55,911 bases of DNA from Prorocentrum cordatum. Its lineage: Eukaryota. The stretch is from assembly GCA_963575745.1 (NCBI GenBank), contig CAUYUJ010000125.1, forward strand, positions 62,001-117,911. The letters run 5' to 3'. Shown here piece by piece: positions 48,060-55,911 of the stretch. Each line of letters opens with the position of its first letter. The stretch's first letter is position 1. The notes beneath the pieces are model-generated. The model saw only the letters and a list, made by a program, of their open reading frames with translations, did not search any database and was not told the DNA's origin. Position numbers and translations under genes: made by a program.

Positions 48060-48579
48060 GCATCGTCGGCGCCGTGGCCGCGCGCCTGGGCGGCGAGAAC
48101 CCCTGGCAGATCCGGCAGACCGCGGCGAGCACGCTGGCCGCCCTCGCGCAGAGGGGGGACCAGATGATCATCGGCACCCTGGCGGCGCGGCTGGAGGACG
48201 AGGACTGGCCAGTCCGCGGGGCTGCGCTGGAGGCTGTCGCGAGGTTGGCTCCGAGGGGCGACTCGGACGCGATCGCGCTCATGATGGCCTCCTTGCAGGA
48301 CTGCCTGCCTTACGTGCGCTGCCTCGCGGCAGACTCGCTCGCGGAGCTGGCTCCGCGGGGCAGCTCGGAGGCCATCTCGGCCCTGGCCGAGCGCGTGAGG
48401 CCTGGCGTGGTCGAGCACCCCATGGTGCACAAGCACGCCGCCGCAGCCCTGGAGCGACTCGGGGCAGGCACCGCGGAGTCGTGGCTGCAGCGGCTGCGCG
48501 ACGGGGGCGGGCCAGACCAGGAGGGAGCCGCCGCCGTCAAGTCCTCCACGGCGACCCCGAGCGTGGAGGCCGTGGAGAG
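48060..48579 (+). CDS. HEAT-repeat protein exon
   Basis: IVGAVAARLGGENPWQIRQTAASTLAALAQRGD...RLEDEDWPVRGAALEAVARLAPRGD...LQDCLPYVRCLAADSLAELAPRG; about 39-aa periodicity. 3' end inferred at AG|GCGAGC (48579/48580). Confidence 0.85.
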
Positions 48580-48831
48580 GCGAGCGGCGCAAGCAGAAAC
48601 GGGGCCGGCTGCGGCGCAAACTGCCCGCGCGAGGCCGCGCGTAGGCGCATTCGTTTCCAGAGCAGCGTGCCACGTTGGCGGCCCGAGGAAGCCGCGGCGT
48701 GAGGTCGCTGTGCCATCTCGCGTGCAAGCGAAGGGAAGGCGCCATTCTCGTCGTCGCCGCCGCCGCCGCCGCCGTCGTCGTCGTCGTTGCCGCCGTCGCC
48801 GCCGTCGCCGTCGTCGCCGTCGTCGCCTCAG

Positions 48832-49063
48832 GTGGGAGGCGGAGGCCGCGGCCCCCGGCGGCGAGGCTGCCGCGGAGCTCGCCGGAGAGGAGGCGGCGGA
48901 GGAGCCGCGGGGTGCGCAGGCCGCGGCCGCTGCGGCGCCATCGCCGGCCCCGGGCGCCGCTGCCGCCGTGCAGCTCGGCGCGGAGGGCGGGGCGGCGTGG
49001 CTGCCCCGCGGCGCGCGCTGCGGCGTGTGCGCCAGGAAGATGACGGACGAGCGCGGGGGCGTG
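48832..49063 (+). CDS. Probable downstream exon: Ala/Glu-rich linker and start of a Zn-finger (CGVC)
   Basis: CTCAG|G acceptor, phase-compatible with 48579; WEAEAAAPGGE...WLPRGARCGVCARKMTDERGGV. Donor and following exon not identified. Confidence 0.5.
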
Positions 49064-49077
49064 GTGCCCGCGTCGGG

Positions 49078-49426
49078 GAGGGAGGGGGAGGAGGAGGAGG
49101 AAGAGGAGGAGGAGGAGGAGGAGGAGGAGGAGGAGGAGGAGGGAGGAGGAGGAGGAGGAGGAGGAGGAGGCGGATGAGGCGGAGGAGAGGAGGAGGAGAG
49201 GAGGAGGAGGAGGAGGAGAGGAGGAGGAGGAGGAGGAGAGGAGGAGGGAGGAGGAGGAGAAGGCGGAGGAGGAGGAGGAGAGGAGAGAGAGGAGGAGGAG
49301 GAGCAGGAGGAGGAGGAGGAGAAGGAGGAAAAGGAGTAGGAGGAGGAGGACGAGGGAGGAGGAAGAGGAGGAGGACGAGGCGGAGGGAGGAGGGAGGAGG
49401 GAGGAGGGAGGAGGAAGGGGGGAGGA
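49078..49426. repeat. (GAG)n microsatellite
   Basis: Visible run. Confidence 0.95.
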
Positions 49427-49960
49427 CCATCACAGGCTATGAGGGAAGGCTAAGGCTGGGCCGACCCGACCCTTCAACAATAATCTTGGGTTACATCCGA
49501 TCATCCACTGACGCTCTCTTCGGCCTGTCTCTGCGCCCCTTCCTTGAGGAGCTGAGCTGCAGGGATTGGCTCGGACAGTCGGGGGGCGGCCTAAAGATAC
49601 TTTGGGGGTGTCGGCCACCCGACTAAAGGGCCCAAGCATTCGGGGAACACTTGCTTTGGAAGCTCTCCTTCCATTCACCTCTCTGCGTAGTGGCCTCTGC
49701 CTGGTGGCCTCGCTTCTTGCATGCCACAGTGAAGGACTCAACATCAAGGTAGTCGCACACACAAGGCGCGCTTCTCGGGCGCTCTAATTAGGGTAGAGGG
49801 CAACATCATTTCCTGGGCATGCCTCGAGCATGCCGGACATGTGGGTGCAGTCATACCTGGCTCTTGTGTGGCAGTCCAGGCACAGCCAACACATATTTAG
49901 CCAAACCCATTTGTGCTTGGTCCCCCGCGCTGAGGAGGGAGCAGGAGGACGAGGAGGAGG

Positions 49961-50005
49961 GATGATGATGATGAAAATGGTGATGATGGTGCTGATGATG
50001 CTAAT

Positions 50006-50036
<31 letters not shown>

Positions 50037-50208
50037 CTGGTGCTGATGATGATGCTGGTGATGATGGTGGTGATGATGATACAGATGATGATGATGATGA
50101 GGAGGATGCTGATGCTGATGTTGATGATGATGCCGATGTTGATGGTGATGATGATGCTGCTGATGCTGATGGTGGCGATGCTGATACAGATGATGATGCG
50201 GAGGATGA

Positions 50209-50240
<32 letters not shown>

Positions 50241-50833
50241 AATCTGATGATGCTCATGCTGATGCTGATGCGGATGATGATGCTGATGATGGTGATGGTG
50301 GTGGTGATGATGGTGGTGATGCTGATTATGATGATGATGGAGATGATGATAGTGATGATAATGATGATGATGATGATAATGATGCTGATGGTGATGATGA
50401 TGATGATGATGATGATGAAAATGATGATGATGGTGCGGCTGCTGCTGATGATGATGGTGGCGGTGGTGGTTGTGGTAGTAGTGGTGGGGGTTATGATAAG
50501 GGTGATGCTGATGATGCTGATGATTCTGATGATGATGAACATAATGATGCTGATGATAAGATGGTGATGGCGGTGGTGACGATGATGATGGTGATGATGA
50601 CGATGATGCTGGTGGGAATGATGATAATACAGATGATCAGGAGGAACATGATGATAATGCACATGCTGATTATGCCGATGATGATGAAACCGATGAGGAT
50701 GAAGATGATGATGATGATGCTGATGCTGATTATGATGATGCTGACGATGATGAGGATGGTGGTAGTGATGATGATGCTGATGATGAATATGCTCTTGCTG
50801 ATGTTGATGATGATGTTGATGATGATCATACAC

Positions 50834-50878
<45 letters not shown>

Positions 50879-51083
50879 CTCATGCTGATGATGATGATGA
50901 TGATCATGATTCTGATGATGATGACGATGATGATGATGATGATGATGATGAGGAAGAGGATGCTGATACTGATGATGATGCTGATGATGATGGCGATGAC
51001 GATGGAGCTGATGAGGATGAAAATGATGATGATGCTGATGATGATGCTGATGCGGATGATGATGCTGATGATGGTGATGGCGG

Positions 51084-51115
<32 letters not shown>

Positions 51116-51163
51116 GTGCTGACGGTTATGATAATGATGCTGATGACGATGATGATGATGATG

Positions 51164-51199
<36 letters not shown>

Positions 51200-51219
51200 G
51201 TGCGGCTGTTGAAGATGTC

Positions 51220-51256
<37 letters not shown>

Positions 51257-51556
51257 GCGCGGCTGCTGCTGCTGATGGTGGTGGTGGTGGCGGTTGTGGT
51301 AGAAGTGGTGGTGGTGATGAGGATACGGGTGATGCTGATGATGTTGAGGTTGTCGATATTGATAACGGACATAGGGAAGTTGATGATAATGCGAATGCGA
51401 TGATGATGCTGATGATGGTGATGATGATGATACAGATGATGGTGAGGAGGATGATGGAGATGCTGCTGATGATGATGGTGATGATGCTGAAGCCGATGAG
51501 GATGACGATGGGGATGATGATGATGATGTTGCTGATGCTGATGCTGACTATGATGG

Positions 51557-51588
<32 letters not shown>

Positions 51589-51785
51589 ATGATGCTGCTG
51601 ATGATGATGATGGTGATGATGATGGTTGTGATGATGATCCAGCTGATGATGATGATGATGATGATGATGATGCTGATGATGATGATGATGATGAGCAGGA
51701 GGAGGAAGCTGTTGGTGCTGATAATGCTGATGATGGTGATGATGCTGACGCCGATGAGGATTAAGATGGTGACGATGATGATGCC

Positions 51786-51818
<33 letters not shown>

Positions 51819-52807
51819 ACTGATACTGATGCTGATGCTGATTCTGATGATGCTGATGATGGTGATTGTGGCGATGGTGACGATGATGACGATGATGCTG
51901 ATGATGCTGATGCCTATGATGATGATGATGATGATGACGATGATGATGATGATGCTGATGTTGATGCTGACGATGTTGACGATGATGATGATGATGATGA
52001 TGGTGTGACTGCTGCTGATGATGATGATGATGATGATGGTGCGGCTGCTGATGATGATGGGCATGGTGGTGGTGGTTCTGGTATTTGTGTTGGTGGAAAT
52101 GAGAAGGGTGATGCTGATGAGGTTGGTGATGGTGACGATGATAAAGATGATAGCGACACTGATACTATTGATGGTGATGGTAACGGTGATAACGGCACTG
52201 ATACTATTGATGCTGATGCTGCTGGTGATGATGATGCTCATGCTGATGATGATAATGAAGATGCTGATGCTGATGACGATGCTGATGATGATGGTGATGT
52301 TGGCGACGATGGCGAAGATGATGATGATGAGGATGACGATGCGGATGCTGATTTTGATGATGCTGATGATGGTGATGGTGATGAAGCCGATGAGGATGAG
52401 AATGATGATGACGATGATGATAATGCTGATGCTGATCATGCTGCTGCTGATGGTGGTGATAGTGGTGGTTGTGATGATGATGATGATGTTGATGATGATT
52501 CTGATGATGGTGATGATGATGATGATGATGATGAGGATGGTGCGGCTGCTGCTGATGGTGATCATGGTGAGGCTGCTGCTGATGGTGATCATGGTGGTGG
52601 TGGTGGTTGTGGTAGTAGTGATGCTGGTGATGGTGGTGGTGATGATGCTGATGGTGCTGATGATTATGATAATGATGATACTGACGAGGATGATGGTGAT
52701 GCTGATGATGATGGTGATGATGATGATGGTGCGGCTGCTCCTGATGTTGATGATGATGATGATGCTGGTGCGGCTGCTGCTGATGATGATGCTGATGATG
52801 GTGATGG

Positions 52808-52848
<41 letters not shown>

Positions 52849-52980
52849 GTGCAGCTGCTGCTGATGTTGATGCTGATGGTGCGGCTGATGCTGATGATGT
52901 TGATGATGCTGATGTTGATTATGAACATAATAATGTCCATGATGATAATGCTGCTGTGATGATGGTGCTGATGATGATTG

Positions 52981-53023
<43 letters not shown>

Positions 53024-53359
53024 AATGATGATGATACAGTTGATGGTGAGGAGGATGATGGAGCTGCTGCTGGTGATGATGATGATGAAGCCGATGAGGA
53101 CGACGATGGCGATGATGATGATCATGATGATGATGATGAGGATGATGGTGCTGATGCTGATGCTGATTATGGTGGTGATGAGGATTATGATGATGGTGGT
53201 GGTGATAATGGTGATGATGCTGATGATGATAATGATGGTGGTGATGAGGATGATGGTTGTGATGATGCTCCAGATGCTGCTGATGAGGAGGAGGAGGAAG
53301 CTGATTGTGCTGATAATGATGCTGATGATGGTGATGATGATGACGCCAATGAGGATGCA

Positions 53360-53403
<44 letters not shown>

Positions 53404-54270
53404 GGCTGATGATGATGATGATGATGCTGATGCTGATGCTGGTGCTGATTCTGGTGATGCTGATGATGGTGATTGTGGCGGTGGTGATGCTTATGATGAT
53501 GCTTATGATGATGCTTACTATGATGCTGACGACGATGATGATGATGAGGTTGTTGATAATAATGTTGATGATGTTGATGATGATGGTGATGATGATGATG
53601 ATGATGATGATGGTGCGGCTGCTGCTGATGTTGATGATGATGATGATGGTGCGGCTGCTGATGATGATGGTCATGGTGGTGGTGGTGGTTGTGGTAGTTG
53701 TGGTGGTGGAAATGAAGAGGGTGCTGATGATGTTGGTGATGGTGATGATGATAGCGAAACTGATACTACTGATGATGATGCTGATGATGCTGATGCTGAT
53801 GCTGATGATGATAATGATGATGCTGATGCTGATGACGATGATGATGATGGTGATGGTGGAGATGATGATTCAGATGATGATGAGGAGCATGATGATGCTG
53901 ATGCTGGTTCTGATGATGCTGAGGATGGTGATGGTGATGAAGCCGATGAGGATTAAGATGATGATGATGCTGATAATACTGATGCTGATCATGATGATGC
54001 TGATGATGGTGATAGTGGTGGTTGTGATGATGATGATGTTGATGCTGATTCTGATGATGATGGTGATGATTATGATGGTGCGGCTGCTGCTGATGTTGAT
54101 GATGATGGTGAGGCTGCTGCTGATGGTGATCATGGTGGCGGTGGTGGTTGTGGTAATAGTGGTGGTGGTGATGGTAAGGGTGATGCTGATGAGATTGATG
54201 ATGCTGACGATGCGAATGAAAATAGTAACTTCTGATGATGCTGATGCTGATGATGACGATGCTGATGCTC

Positions 54271-54329
<59 letters not shown>

Positions 54330-54361
54330 GGTGATGATGATGATGATGATGATGATGATGC

Positions 54362-54447
<86 letters not shown>

Positions 54448-54468
54448 CGGAGGATGATGATGATGATG
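49961..54468. repeat. 4.5-kb degenerate (GAT/GCT/GGT)n tract with higher-order repeat structure
   Basis: Triplet matrix with recurring landmarks ggttgtggta (about 50468, 51292, 52605, 53687, 54146) and ccgatgaggat (about 50690, 51494, 51751, 52387, 53943). Confidence 0.95.
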
Positions 54469-54545
54469 GTGTGTTTCAGGCCAGGAATGGTCGGGTGGGG
54501 GGCATCGGTGTGTTTCAGGCCAGGAATTGTCGGGTGGGGGGTCCC
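54468..54545. repeat. 39-bp tandem duplication
   Basis: ggtgtgtttcaggccaggaat(g/t)gtcgggtgggggg occurs twice. Confidence 0.9.
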
Positions 54546-55628
54546 AAGAAAAGTATCGTGGTCAACAAGTGTGCAGTCGAGTCGCACACGCCTCTGCGGT
54601 CGGCGGATTGACGTGCGGCGTCATTTCAAATGTCAAGTAGAAAACGAGTCTGTATTCTCCACGTGCAACTGGTCATGCGTACTTGATTGCGGCTTCTCCG
54701 TGAAGTTTCGTTCGGACGTCGATCGACTGCCGTCGTCTTCGCGTGGTGATCATTGCGGCGCGTTCGTTTGATTCTTCGTTTCGTTGAGCGAAAATTTGAT
54801 TGAGCTCTTCAGATGACTGACTTGGGGGGGGTCAGTAGGGTCGGGGGCCCAACACAGCGCGCAGAAACGGTCCTTGAGGCGGGGTGTCAGACGTAGTGGG
54901 GGGCGCGGTGGGGTGTGTCGGACGGTTTCGGGCGAGGCATTGTCGTGTGGGGAGCTCCCAAAATTGAGCTCTCGTGGGATGGGGGTGCTGGGACGTGGAA
55001 CTGACCTCGCGTGGGAGCTGGGGTTGTCGGCCCAGGAGCTGTCGTTTGGGGGTGTCCCAAGACATGAGTAGTCGAGGGTGAGGAGGCCGAGGCGAGGAGG
55101 AGGGTTTCGGTGAGTTTCGAGGTCGGATTTATCGTGTAAGGGAGTTCGAAGAACTCCGTTCTCGTAGGGTGGGTCTCGAGGACACACTCCTCCTCACACT
55201 TGGGTCGGCGGATGAAAGGGTCGGGGGGTCACAACCCTGCCAGCCGAGCATTTAGAGACCCCCCCAGTGCAGCCATGAAAGGGCGGCCTTCTGCCCAGAC
55301 CCCCTCGAACCCTCCATGACAGCTTAAACCAGACCCCCCCCAAGATCAGACACCCCCTTGTATTATGAAATTCGGAGTGCCGTCGAAGGAACAACAACTT
55401 TGCAACAAACGTAAAGGAGCCACTTCGCATCGCAAGACCCCCCTCCGCCCTGGGGCCTCGATCATATTGAACCAGCGCCCCCAGAGAAGCGGGGCCAGCA
55501 ATATTCGCCAGTGTGAATGCCAGGGTTTGGAGGGGTGAACTTGTTTAGTCTTTCTATTTTGGGCGCTGTTGGGACTTTTCCTTCTACCGCATCGCTGACC
55601 CTTTCGGCCTCTCTCTCGCTGGCTGTCC

Positions 55629-55840
55629 GAGTAGATGGGGTCGGTGGACCCTGTCGCATCGCCGATGCATCGCCCACGCGGTTCGATGGGGAGCCCGATT
55701 TGCTCCGCGTTGGCGTCGCCGACGCACCGCCGACGTCACCTCTGCATCGCCGGCGCCTCTCCGATGCATCGCCGATGCATCGCCGATGCACTGGAGATGC
55801 GGCGCGACCCTCGGACCCCGTCTGCTCGGACCCCATCTGG
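55629..55840. mobile_element. MITE-like element family D, partial copy
   Basis: gagtagatggggtcgg...gcatcgccgatgca...tgctcggaccccatctgg, homologous to 47038-47205. Confidence 0.75.
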
Positions 55841-55911
55841 ATGGGGGAGGAGGGGGCAGGAGGATGGAGGAGGAGGAGGACAAGGAGGAGGAGGAGGAGG
55901 AGGAGGAGGAG

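Noticed and set aside
49830..54611. Long poly-Met/poly-Asp/poly-Ile ORFs (up to 868 aa)
   Set aside because: Stop-free frames of the degenerate ATG/GAT repeat; the frame switches between Asp and Met mid-ORF and there is no domain content.
1..55911. rRNA, tRNA, snRNA or intact SL RNA genes; telomeric arrays
   Set aside because: No conserved signature seen by eye; a covariance-model search would be needed to exclude them.

Overview
GC-rich, repeat-dominated eukaryotic nuclear DNA. GA/GC/GT splice donors, AG|G acceptors, direct repeats at intron boundaries, a probable relict spliced leader and long (GAG)n/(GAT)n tracts point to a core dinoflagellate (Prorocentrum-like; inference). Supported content: (1) 3' exons of a RAP-domain protein gene (+, about 957-3260); (2) a multi-exon HEAT-repeat gene (+, about 46.1-49.1 kb) with a possible F-box-like 5' exon at 43.6 kb and a CxxC in the last visible exon; (3) weakly supported exons of an unknown + strand gene at about 25.5-27.8 kb; (4) a degenerate, 5'-truncated APE-RT LINE (-, 34.0-36.75 kb), a degenerate copia-like LTR remnant (+, 6.4-8.5 kb) and possibly a very decayed second LINE; (5) a rearranged phosphoglycerate kinase pseudogene behind a relict spliced leader (-, 30.4-31.2 kb); (6) many short palindromic MITE-like elements, satellites and microsatellites. 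Most long ORFs in the track are microsatellite artefacts. The most notable signal is intron architecture: most inferred introns have their boundary sequence duplicated (3-11 nt), and two or three appear to lack an AG acceptor while carrying inverted repeats, i.e. candidate non-canonical, introner-like introns. All exon models are by eye and unverified by transcripts or database searches.
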